The position numbers were made by a program, and so were the translations under genes. From assembly GCA_000320545.1 (NCBI GenBank), contig ADNK01001280.1:1-64000 (forward strand): a stretch of DNA of 64,000 nt. The letters run 5' to 3'. This document shows positions 53,890-63,960 of the stretch, piece after piece. Numbering within the stretch: the stretch's first letter is position 1; each line of letters begins with the position of its first letter. Below the pieces are notes generated by a model. The model saw only the letters and a program-made list of their open reading frames with translations. It searched no databases and was not told the DNA's origin. This DNA is from Bigelowiella natans CCMP2755. Taxonomy: Eukaryota > Protista > Cercozoa.

Positions 53890-55244
53890 TCAAACTGGCA
53901 CCTCTCCAGCTGCGAGTTGCTGTTCCAGTCTATCGAGCTCATCTGCGCTAGTTGCTTTCTGGATAGCTTCCAGAATCTTTTTCTGATTGAGGATATTATA
54001 AAGCGTGAAGTGGGTATATTTTCATTCATCCAGTCAATTATTTATTTTAAGAAGGGTGCCACCTTTTCTTCCGCAGTCATCTTTCTCTTCTTAATCACTC
54101 CCGGCGTGAAAGAATTGTCCTCATCGTCCATCGCTTTCGATTCCTTTGAGTCCCCACCAAACAGCTTCTCGGCAGCCTGTCTTTCTTTAGGCTTCACTTT
54201 TTCGAAATCCAGTACTTTCAGCTTTGGCAACTGAATAAATAACAATTTAGCACCATGAGGAATTACTATATGTTCATAAGAGGCTGTTCTATAGAACTGA
54301 CATTTAATCCTACTTAATAGTGTAGACACAGTTCACCACATAAGATCTCACGCGTTGATGCACCATAAAAGTTCTGTAATGACTGACATGTCTTGCCCAC
54401 AAATTGATTCATTATAAATGATGATAAAGGCATCACAACTCCTTGTGCTGATGATCATTAGATCACTCATTCTATGTAAGATTGAGATCATAATATTTAT
54501 AGACATCCTGATTTGTCCTAGATTTTCTACCTTATTTATGACATAGTAACGATAATGCCGATGTTTAACAATTGGATTTCCGGACAAGCTCACACGTTTG
54601 AGAGTGGGAATATCCCCCAATGGGGCAAGTTCTTCTAATTTACCAATCTACCAACACAAATATGGTGATAATTAATTCATTGAGTTCATTGTCAGAACCT
54701 ATGCACTTACTTTGTTATTTGCTAAGATCAAGTTTTCCAACTTAGGCAGGAGCTGACCGAGGCCTCTAGCAAGCTATACCAATAAAAGTAAAATTACAAG
54801 GATTTTAGGAGAACGGTGAAATACAATTCACCTGTGTGATTTTATTGTTGTTTGCCACTAGGGTTTCCAATCTTTTCAGAAGCGGAAAGTTCGATATATG
54901 TTCTAGCTCATTGTCGGATAGGTCCAGAAATTGATAGTGATCTTGCGTCACCTAATTTGTTACATCTGAATCTAAACGGCGAATTTTGAAGATGCAATAT
55001 AAATATTAATATTAGTAACTATTGGGACATGTAGAATGTGAGTAGTTTATAATATTTAGTTCGGAACATTACCCCGAGGTTCTCGATCAAGGGTATTTTG
55101 AAGCCTCGTAAATTGAGCTCCCGCTCCCCAAGGGGATTCATGTAAGCAGGTGCATTACGCACAAGCTCTGCTGTGAGCCTGAAACAATCGAAATGGTAAT
55201 AAGGGACATTTTTGGAAGAGTAATATTTATATAATTTACCTCAT
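53890..55244 (-). CDS. SNRPA1: U2 snRNP protein A' (LRR), multi-exon
   Basis: MR|LTAELVRNAPAYMNPLGERELNLRGFKIPLIENLG, LDLSDNEL, HRHYRYYVINK|LPKLKVLDFEKVK, AIQKATSADELDRLE. Confidence 0.93.
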
Positions 55245-55672
55245 CAATACAGGAAGAGGAAGGCGCGTGGAGCTGTAGAGTAAGCAAGCGGGAGCGGAGG
55301 AGGACGACAGCGGAGTGCGCCAGAGTTTGGCCCGAATTTGTTTATACTATCTCTGGAGGATCTCCACTTCGATATTTTTCGGGATTACGATATTTTATTT
55401 TGAAGAAATCTAAAACTCGCAAATCCAGTGAGTTCTGTTTTTTCGCGCGGGCTGATCTCAGACATTTGAAGTTCTTGTCGGAAGGATGTATAAACCGCAG
55501 GAGTATAAATATCCTTAGATTATTATAGCCGTCAATGAATATATTTTGACGGTAGACCTAAAAAAGGTCATTCTTGATACGCATTTCAGCAAATTTTATA
55601 TCTTGGGCCCGCACTTCCTGCTGCTCCTTCCCACCACGCAGAAACCACTTCTTCCCCCCGGAATCAACTGAT

Positions 55673-57809
55673 ATGCAGGCTCCGAAGCTAGGCAACCTCT
55701 CCCAATCAATTGCCTTTGATGAATATGGACAACCCTTCATCATCTTGCGTGAGCAAGACAAGCAAAAGCGACTAAAAGGGAAGGATGCGCATAAAGCAAA
55801 CATTCTTGCTGCAAAGTCGGTGGCAAACATCCTCCGATCCTCGCTTGGTCCAAGAGGCATGGACAAGATACTTGTCAGTTCTGACGGAGATGTTACCGTA
55901 ACCAACGACGGCGCAACTATATTACAGAAGATGGACGTCAGTCATGAAATTGGCAAACTGCTGGTGGAGCTTTCAAAATCCCAGGATGACGAGATCGGGG
56001 ACGGCACTACGGGAGTTGTCGTTTTAGCGGGAGCCCTGTTGGACGAAGCAGAGAAACTTCTCGACAAAGGGTCAATTTAGTCTTTTTTTGTATATAAAAT
56101 TTGAAATTGTTGCGCTTAAGAATTTCTATTCTTCCAGAATCCACCCAATCCGGATTGCTCAGGGGTTTGAAGATGCATGTGAAATTGCAGTCAAACATCT
56201 GGGAGATATTGCGGATACTGTTCCTTGGTCAGAAGAGAAATTAGATGCGCTCTATGAGACGGCTGCAACAACATTAGGTTCAAAAATCATAAGCAGGTTT
56301 CAGAAGCAGATGTCCGAGGTAGTATATGAGGATTCAAACAGTTACTTTCATCTAGAGAATATCACGTGCAGTATCTTTGATAAAGTCTATATGTTTGCTG
56401 AACGAGAAAATAAATATTATTTATGATACACGTTCTCTTCATCAGATTGCCGTCAACGCAGTACTCTCAGTTGCTGATTTAAAGCGCAAAGATGTCAACT
56501 TCGAGTTGATTAAGGTCGAAGGAAAAGTTGGTGGCAGGCTGGAGGATACCATGCTCGTTAAAGGAATTGTCCTTGACAAGGAAATTGCTCACTCCCAAAT
56601 GGCGAAAGAGATCAAAGATGCAAAAATAGCAATTCTTACCTGTCCATTTGAGCCTCCTAAACCAAAAACAAAACATAAAATTGACATATCAAGTGCCGAA
56701 TCGTACCAGGTAGAGAAGTACTTCATATGTGACAAAGAGAATTGCATGAACATAAGCTTTTGTCTCAGAATCTGTACGATCGAGAGCAAAAGTACTTCAG
56801 GGATATGGTGAAAAAGTGCAAGGATTCCGGGGCTACTTTGGTGCTATGTCAGTGGGGTTTCGATGATGAAGCTACTCACCTTTTGATGCACAATAAACTT
56901 CCGGCAGGTAATGTTTTTAAGTATTGACCGAAAACAGAAAATTACATGTTCAATATCTTCTTTAGTTCGTTGGGTCGGAGGTGTCGAAATAGAATTGCTC
57001 GCCATCGCAACGGATGCTCGTATAGTTCCGCGTTTTGAAGAGTTAGATAGTTCTAAACTCGGAACCGCTGGTCATGTAAGGGAAATCAGCTTTGGAACGG
57101 ACAACGATAAGATGGTGGTCATCGAGGATTGCCCCAACAGCAAGTACATTTTTTATACCATATCCATCTTTTTTTTGTTCATTGATGTTCCGTGTTTAGG
57201 GCTGTTACCGTTTTGATTCGTGGAGGCAACCAGATGATAATCGATGAGGCGGACCGTTCATTGCATGATGCAATGTGTGTTACCCGAAACCTAATTCGTG
57301 ACAATCGTATCGTTTATGGTGGGGGCGCAGCGGAAGTGGCTTGCTCACTGAAGGTAAAATAATCAGTTATATATGAGCCAGCGTCCAAGGTATAATGTCT
57401 GTTGGTTTTTCTTTTGCAGATATCGGAGTATGCTGATTCTGTATCTGGTATTGAGCAATACGCAGTGCGTTCATTCGCTGACGCACTAGAACAAATTCCA
57501 ATAGCACTCGCTGCAAACTCTGGACTTAAACCTATTCCGGTAGGTTAATCCTTACAATCAACAACCAATTATGTGATTACATTCGTTTTGCTATTTTCGC
57601 AGACACTCGCATCCGTACGTAAGGCACAAATTGAGAAGAAAAGTGCAAAACTCGGAGTAGATTGCATGCAAAGAGGTACTATGGATATGAAGGAGCAAAA
57701 GGTTTTCGAAACTTTAATTGGCAAGCAGCAACAGATGTTGCTCGCAACGCAACTTGTCCGGATGATTTTAAAGATTGATGATATAATTCAGCCAAGTGAC
57801 AAGTTTTAA
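55673..57809 (+). CDS. CCT5: T-complex protein 1 subunit epsilon, multi-exon
   Basis: [71 protein letters not shown]. Confidence 0.97.
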
Positions 57810-58049
57810 GCTTAGATAGACGCTGGAGTAGATAAGAATTTGAGATGAAGACCAAAACCTTTTAATCTACAATTTCGGGGCTAGCTAGATCTTTTCCTTG
57901 AGGTAACATACATACATGATGACTAATGTGTGGACAAACTAAGAAGAAAAAATTAGGACATGTCGTATCGGAGATTCACAATTGCAATTGTCATTTTCGG
58001 TGTTCGAAAATAGTCAAGCAAAAAGTCCAAGCGACAAACAAAGGCGTCA

Positions 58050-58700
58050 CAAGCCTCGTCCTTAATCTATTTGACTTGCAGGATAGAACGTTGTTGTGAT
58101 TCACATTACAGTGAATTGTTACAAAGCAAAACATGCGGCAGATTGAATTGCATCACAGAAGGGCACATGCTGGCTAATCTAGTAATTCAGATTTCATCAA
58201 TTTGCTCGCTGCGATGCTACAACAAAACGAGCGACGGGCGCGCACTCGCAAGCTCGATTCTCGTTACGATGTGCCTCGCAACTGATTAGCTGTTCAACGG
58301 TCGAAATCATGATGCGCGCTACGACCATGATGACATCATGCATCTCGAACTCTGGAGCTTCTCTCGCCGTCCTAGCGTTGTCGTCGATCGCTGCAACGAT
58401 GTTAGCACTAACTAGAGCACTAGAGCATGTCACGTGCATGCGATGTAGCATGCATCGCAGATCGCTAGCATGCATGGATCGTGATGTGCCACTGCTAGAC
58501 TGCTACGCTAGCTGCTAGGCTCTAGCAGCTGCTAGGGCTCACTGGACTGCGCTAGTGCGAGCTAGCGAGCTAGCGAGGTGTGCTCACTAACAATGCTAGC
58601 AGTGTGGCTCACTAGCTCAGCTAGTCAGGGCGGCACACGTGTGTGCCCTGCTCCTCTAGTCCTGTACTGACACGTAACACACCTCGACAAGTTTGATCAG
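58050..58700. other. TpA-depleted, extremely CTAG-rich spacer downstream of CCT5, flanking the retrotransposon
   Basis: 16 CTAG counted in 58370-58660. Confidence 0.8.
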
Positions 58701-59229
58701 CAGATCAGCAGGGTGCCGGAGTGAACCAAGAGCCAGAGAGGTCTAGAGGTTGCCAACGATGTTGGGTGCGTGCGTGAACGCCGGTGCCGCAAGAGCAACG
58801 AACGTTTTTTTTGCCACTGCGTGCTGCCTGGCTGCACACGCGCGGGACGATCGTTCCAATCGTCCCAGCAGCGGTGCAGTTGAAAGGGTCGTGGTTGTTG
58901 TAGCGCGTACCACTACGCGGGCACAAGTCACGTGCGACAACAAAGGGGTTGTCGCGGATATAGAATATAGATAACGTAGATATTAATACAGCATAGGCAC
59001 GTGGGTTCCGGCGGGACTCATGGCAGCACACCGGAAGTGTGCTGCCCCACGTGCGGCGGCATTCGCGAAAGCTTCGCGAATGATTACGCAGTGCACGATT
59101 TAATAAAAATATAATCTTTAATAAAAATAAACACAACTCTTCAAAAGGAAGCAAACGTGCCTTTCCCCCCCCCTGCCTACTTGTGCACGTAGCGCCTCGG
59201 CCTGTGAACACCTTACGCGCAACAACCTT
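58700..59229 (+). repeat. Putative 5' LTR (boundaries uncertain)
   Basis: TATA-like gatatagaatatag ~58957, three AATAAA at 59102-59131, directly followed by the PBS; second copy not visible. Confidence 0.5.
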
Positions 59230-59252
59230 TGGCTTCCACACACGGGAAACGA
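59230..59252 (+). promoter_or_regulatory. Primer-binding-site candidate complementary to a tRNA 3' end (Glu/Asp-like)
   Basis: TGGCTTCCACACACGGGAAACGA; reverse complement tcgtttcccgtgtgtggaagCCA resembles T-arm + acceptor stem + CCA; 11 nt before the gag ATG. Confidence 0.55.
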
Positions 59253-59263
59253 TTTGACTAACA

Positions 59264-61069
59264 ATGTCACAGCAGCTAGAAGAACAGCAGGACTTTGGCT
59301 CGCAGGCCGTGCAAGGGCACGAGCAGAAACAGGAAAGGAAGGGCGATACGGACGCTAAGGAAGGAGGAGGAACACCTCCACAGGCACCGCCGGGACCAGC
59401 ACCCGGGATTAAGAAAGCAGATGCAGCAGCAGAGGCACTGGAGAACTTCTACGAGGCGGACGACGAGGACGTGGCCGCCGAAAGCAAGAAGGTCGTAATG
59501 GCATTACGAGCCTTGCGACCCAGGGCGAGCAACTACGCCAAACTGAAAGTATCGATAGAATACAAGTATCAGACACATGATGTTTGGGCAGCTATCATGC
59601 AGGACATCATGGATTACGAAGCAGACTTACCTCCAGAGTGGGCAGCTTTGTTTAGGAACGACGGGGGTCTGGGCGCCTCGCGGGGGACGACCCAGAGCAC
59701 CGTCAAGCAGCAGCAGCCGGTACAGCGGAACACCCAGTTCATGTCTGTTAAAACAGCACCGGTTATGATAACGAAATACAACGGGAAAAGAGGTGAGGCA
59801 AGGAGGTGGTGGAAGAACGCTAGGAGTATACTCTGCGACTTTACCCCTAACCCCACCGAAAACGACAAGCTCAAATGGCTAGCTATAATAAAGCAAGCCA
59901 TGGACCTTTACGAGACAGGCAGGACCCGGATCAGGCAGCTAGAGAAAATACACACTACAGTTAGTGGGCTACGAGACGTTGAGGCGATAATGAAGGCTTT
60001 TGTAAATGAACAGGATGCTAACTCCCTACCCCAGGCTATTAGAAAATACAGAGCAATGATGCAGCATGAGAGAGAACCTGTTAGAGACTTTGCCACGCGC
60101 TTCCAGGATATGATCGACGAACTACATGATTTTAATTACAACACAGGTGATGATCAGGCAAGGTTTGAAGAGTTCAAGTTAAAGATAAAGGAATCCACTT
60201 ACGTTACGGAGAAAGGCTACACCACGATGGAGGCAGCAGTGCAGGCTATATCCCTACGCGAGCAGGAGCAGGACCGCAAGTTTACCAGCCCTAAGGTACC
60301 TGGCATAGGAAACATTAACGCTATTAAGCCGCAGCGAGACTGGTACAAGGACAGGGAAGGTAACCGACGTTGCGGATACTGCTCACGTAAAGGGAAACAC
60401 ACCGCTAAAGACTGCAGAGACAGGAAAGAAGGACGACCCAGGATGACGATCAGGCAGCTCAACGAACACTACGAGAAGTTAAAGAGAAAGAAAGGCAGAG
60501 GACAAGGATATAACAACAGCAAATGGCAAGGCAGCAACAACGGGAAGAACAATAAATATAAGAACAAAAAGCAGAACAGTATCAATGCTATACAGCAGCA
60601 GATAAACGGAATATTAGATCACCTTAAGCAGGCGCCGACGAAGACAGCAGTACCAGCAACGCAGGACCAAGACAAGCCCATGACCCTAGACGACATAAAG
60701 AACTTAGGAGTATGCAACATTAATGACGAAGACGCTAACAGGACTATCAAAGTTGCTATGACCAAGGTTAAAGTTAAAGACAGCTACGGAGACTACAAGA
60801 AACTACCTGCCCTTTGGGATAGTGGCAGCATGCCGAAGTCCTTCATAAGCCTAAGCACAGTAAGAAGGTTAGGACTATTGGATCAAGTGACTAAGAAAGA
60901 ACGTAAATATGCTCAAGCAGACGGAAGCTCTTCCATGAAGACCGTCGGTGAGCTAATGCTAAAGCTACAGATACCTGGCAGCGACGCGGAGACCCAAATC
61001 AGACCCGGCTACTGGACAAGACCCCCCCAGCTGATGATTGGGATATCGACAAAGGCAAAAAGTACATAA
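59264..61069 (+). CDS. gag: Gag plus aspartic protease
   Basis: Capsid-like QHEREPVRDFATRF, zinc knuckle CGYCSRKGKHTAKDC (60371), protease LWDSGS (60818) with SFIS and ADG motifs. Confidence 0.9.
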   Translation: MSQQLEEQQDFGSQAVQGHEQKQERKGDTDAKEGGGTPPQAPPGPAPGIKKADAAAEALENFYEADDEDVAAESKKVVMALRALRPRASNYAKLKVSIEYKYQTHDVWAAIMQDIMDYEADLPPEWAALFRNDGGLGASRGTTQSTVKQQQPVQRNTQFMSVKTAPVMITKYNGKRGEARRWWKNARSILCDFTPNPTENDKLKWLAIIKQAMDLYETGRTRIRQLEKIHTTVSGLRDVEAIMKAFVNEQDANSLPQAIRKYRAMMQHEREPVRDFATRFQDMIDELHDFNYNTGDDQARFEEFKLKIKESTYVTEKGYTTMEAAVQAISLREQEQDRKFTSPKVPGIGNINAIKPQRDWYKDREGNRRCGYCSRKGKHTAKDCRDRKEGRPRMTIRQLNEHYEKLKRKKGRGQGYNNSKWQGSNNGKNNKYKNKKQNSINAIQQQINGILDHLKQAPTKTAVPATQDQDKPMTLDDIKNLGVCNINDEDANRTIKVAMTKVKVKDSYGDYKKLPALWDSGSMPKSFISLSTVRRLGLLDQVTKKERKYAQADGSSSMKTVGELMLKLQIPGSDAETQIRPGYWTRPPQLMIGISTKAKST

Positions 61070-63960
61070 ATAAAATATTAAACGAGAAGTACTCTGACAT
61101 CACCAAGCCGACGACGAAGCCCTCCAGCAAGCTTACCCCAGTAAAGATCGAGCTAAAGAAGGGATACGAAGAGTGCATCATCAATGACCCAGAACATAGG
61201 CGACCGGAAGCGGACTGGGAAAAGATAGAGTGGCAGATCAATGAATGGGCAAAGGAAGGGAAGATAGAGCCAAGCAACTCACCATGGAACGTGAGACATG
61301 TGCTAGCTAAGAAACCTACTTACCCTTTCTTCCGCCTGGCGCACAACTTCATCCGCCACAACCGAGTAATAAAGAGGATCCAGACACCTACACCAAGGAT
61401 AGATGACGTTATTGAACACGTCATAGGATACAAATACTACTCTTCCCTAGATAAAAATGAATCATACATGCAGACACCCATCCACAAAACCTCCCGCCCC
61501 ATTACCGCGTTCTCCAGCAGGCACAGGAAGTGGCACTTCGTCGTATTCCCTTACGGCCTAAGCATATCAGGGGATGCGTTCAGTAGTCAGAACTACAGGG
61601 CATACACACATGATGGGATGGCGTCTGTGTTGTGGGTGTTTGTGTTTGTGTATGTGGATGATGACATAATATGTACCAACACAGTCGTCGCTCAGATCTT
61701 CCTCCTGGAAAATATATTTATTAGGTTTGCACACTTCGGTTTTACTATTAGACTGCAGAAGTGTACATTCCTAGCTACAAGAATCAAGTGGTGTGGATAT
61801 TACCTGGAGCAAGGCCGCATCACCCCAAACCCCGAGAAAGTAGCAGCACTACAGCAAGCCCCTAAACCTAAGAATGCAAAGGAGTTAAAGTCATTCTTGC
61901 AGACTGCAGCTTGGATACTACGTAGGTTCTCCCCTACCTACGCTAGGACTGCAGCTGCTTTTACTACTGCTTACCGGAAGGAGAACTCTGTAGGCCTCAG
62001 CTTCGCTAAGGTGTGGGCCAAGGCTGGCCTTGATGCCCACTTCGATAACCTAATAAAGTTATGCAGCAACACCCTATTGAATGCTAAGCTAGACACTACT
62101 AGACCAGCTACCCTATGGACAGACTGGTCTAAGCTAGGTATGGCTGCTGTACTTACCCAAGACCAGCAGATCATACGGGTGTGGGGCAGGGCCTGCACAG
62201 CAGCTGAGGCCAAGTACAGCCCTACAAAAGGAGAGTATAAAGCCATGACTGAGGCGCAGAGGAAACTAAGATACTACCTGCTGTCGGTGCCCAGCTTCAC
62301 CTTAATGACTGACCACAAGCCCCTCCTAGGCATCGACCGCAAGCTCGAAGCGCCTAACGATGAGTATGCAGCTATGAGGGCGGACACGGAAGAGTTTAGG
62401 GACAAGAGGACAGTGGTCTACGCACCAGGAGACAAGCAGCTTGCTGACTATTTCAGCAGGCTGTTCGAAAAGAAAGTCCCTACCCAGGTCACCCCTATGG
62501 TTAACGCGATTACCTTCGAGGACGGCGACTTCCTGCCTGAGCCAGAGGAGCTCCAGCACCTTCAAGAACACCTGGATAAATACAAACACAAGCATGAGGT
62601 ACTTAGTGATAGGATATATGTATACACTAATAATGTTAGGCGTACCTACGTGCCACGGCGGACCAGGGGAGCCCTTCTCTTTACCGCCCATGGACCTGCA
62701 CACGTAGGAGAAAACCATATCACTGCTCTACTCTACCATTACTACTGGCCCTACAAGCTAAAAGAGATAAGGACATACCTGCGTGGCTGCAGGTGCTCCA
62801 GCTTGAAGGCGGCAGGCGTCGCCACCAAGGAGTCCAGCAAGAGCCGTGCATCTAAGAAAATCAAAGCAAGGAACTTCTTAGATATCGTGCAAATTGATGT
62901 TTATAAGTACGATGGCTATCACTACCTTACCTTCGTTGATGTGGCCACTGGAAAGTGCTGGGTTAAAAAGATTATCAAGGTCAACGTTGCTAAGAAGAAC
63001 AAAGGCTTATATAAGCAGAGGCTTACTAACTGCTACCGTACCTGGGAGTCTGAGCTCCAGGCTATCCCTGATGAAGTTAGCATAAACAAGATACCAAAGA
63101 AGTTACATGTGGATAATGAGACCTCTCTTCTACAGCTACCACACCCTAATATTGATGCCTCACCTGTATACTATGCCCAGTCCAACTCCAAGGTAGAGCG
63201 ACTCCACCGCACCTTGGCCAACCTAAGCAGGATAAATAGCACCACACCAGACAAGATACAAGGGTTAGTAAACGACACCTTCACGTCTGGGGGAGGTATC
63301 AAGGATAAGGAGAGGGAAGAAGGCGACGACAACGACGACGATACCGAGAGCGAAGACGAGAAGGTCCCGTACGATGGCCGAGTTCTAAAGGAAGGACAGT
63401 ATGTTAGGGCCAAGGTAAATCTGAGATCGAGAAATAAACAAGACCCCTTCTGGGGTGGCGTTGCAAAGGTTACCGAGAGGAAGGGGAGGAAGCAGTACTA
63501 CATCTATGATGGGAACAGGGTCACCTTGCGCCACATCAGTCACCTAAAGAATTATGATATCGGTGAGAAGCTCCTAGAGGATGTTAAAGTAAACCCTACT
63601 GTGTGGGAGCGAGCAATGCCTTGTTTAGGACCCCGACCTAAGTTCGATGTGGAATATGGAAACAATAAGGTCAGGGTGAACGACGATTGGCGCATGAAGA
63701 TTGTCTATCTAGGCTACCCTGGATTACGAAATATGGAGAGGGTAGCTATGAAAATAAAGGACGGAAAATATCAGCTACTCTACCTAGCTGTTCCCGACTT
63801 ACCCTTTGAGCACTGGTATAAGGTCCTGGGGGACCTTGATGCAGAGGGCTGGTATGGACACGAACCTAAGGACGAAGGTGAGTTCTGGGTAAGCGACAAA
63901 GGAGATAAGGTTAGAGAGGAATCTATTACCTGGTGGTTGGTGAAGTTCCGAAAGCGATGA
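60952..63960 (+). CDS. pol: Pol: reverse transcriptase, RNase H, integrase and C-terminal Dam-like domain (-1 frame relative to gag; frame open from 60952)
   Basis: GKIEPSNSPW, FPYGL, YVDD (61651), TDWS/E/TDH/ADYFSR RNase H, HGPAH..CRC, QIDV..HVDN..KVERLHR integrase, PFWGG (GPY/F-like). Confidence 0.92.
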   Translation, partial: ANAKATDTWQRRGDPNQTRLLDKTPPADDWDIDKGKKYINKILNEKYSDITKPTTKPSSKLTPVKIELKKGYEECIINDPEHRRPEADWEKIEWQINEWAKEGKIEPSNSPWNVRHVLAKKPTYPFFRLAHNFIRHNRVIKRIQTPTPRIDDVIEHVIGYKYYSSLDKNESYMQTPIHKTSRPITAFSSRHRKWHFVVFPYGLSISGDAFSSQNYRAYTHDGMASVLWVFVFVYVDDDIICTNTVVAQIFLLENIFIRFAHFGFTIRLQKCTFLATRIKWCGYYLEQGRITPNPEKVAALQQAPKPKNAKELKSFLQTAAWILRRFSPTYARTAAAFTTAYRKENSVGLSFAKVWAKAGLDAHFDNLIKLCSNTLLNAKLDTTRPATLWTDWSKLGMAAVLTQDQQIIRVWGRACTAAEAKYSPTKGEYKAMTEAQRKLRYYLLSVPSFTLMTDHKPLLGIDRKLEAPNDEYAAMRADTEEFRDKRTVVYAPGDKQLADYFSRLFEKKVPTQVTPMVNAITFEDGDFLPEPEELQHLQEHLDKYKHKHEVLSDRIYVYTNNVRRTYVPRRTRGALLFTAHGPAHVGENHITALLYHYYWPYKLKEIRTYLRGCRCSSLKAAGVATKESSKSRASKKIKARNFLDIVQIDVYKYDGYHYLTFVDVATGKCWVKKIIKVNVAKKNKGLYKQRLTNCYRTWESELQAIPDEVSINKIPKKLHVDNETSLLQLPHPNIDASPVYYAQSNSKVERLHRTLANLSRINSTTPDKIQGLVNDTFTSGGGIKDKEREEGDDNDDDTESEDEKVPYDGRVLKEGQYVRAKVNLRSRNKQDPFWGGVAKVTERKGRKQYYIYDGNRVTLRHISHLKNYDIGEKLLEDVKVNPTVWERAMPCLGPRPKFDVEYGNNKVRVNDDWRMKIVYLGYPGLRNMERVAMKIKDGKYQLLYLAVPDLPFEHWYKVLGDLDAEGWYGHEPKDEGEFWVSDKGDKVREESITWWLVKFRKR

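Noticed and set aside
58997-59082. Hammerhead ribozyme in the LTR hairpins
   Set aside because: No intact CUGAUGA...GAAA core in the right arrangement on either strand.
59230-59252. tRNA gene on the minus strand
   Set aside because: Only the 3' ~23 nt including CCA are tRNA-like, with no D or anticodon arm; better read as a PBS.
59264-63960. Classification as a DIRS element because of the MTase-like domain
   Set aside because: It has an aspartic protease, a DDE integrase after RT-RNaseH and a PBS, with no tyrosine recombinase in view; this is Ty3/gypsy organisation.
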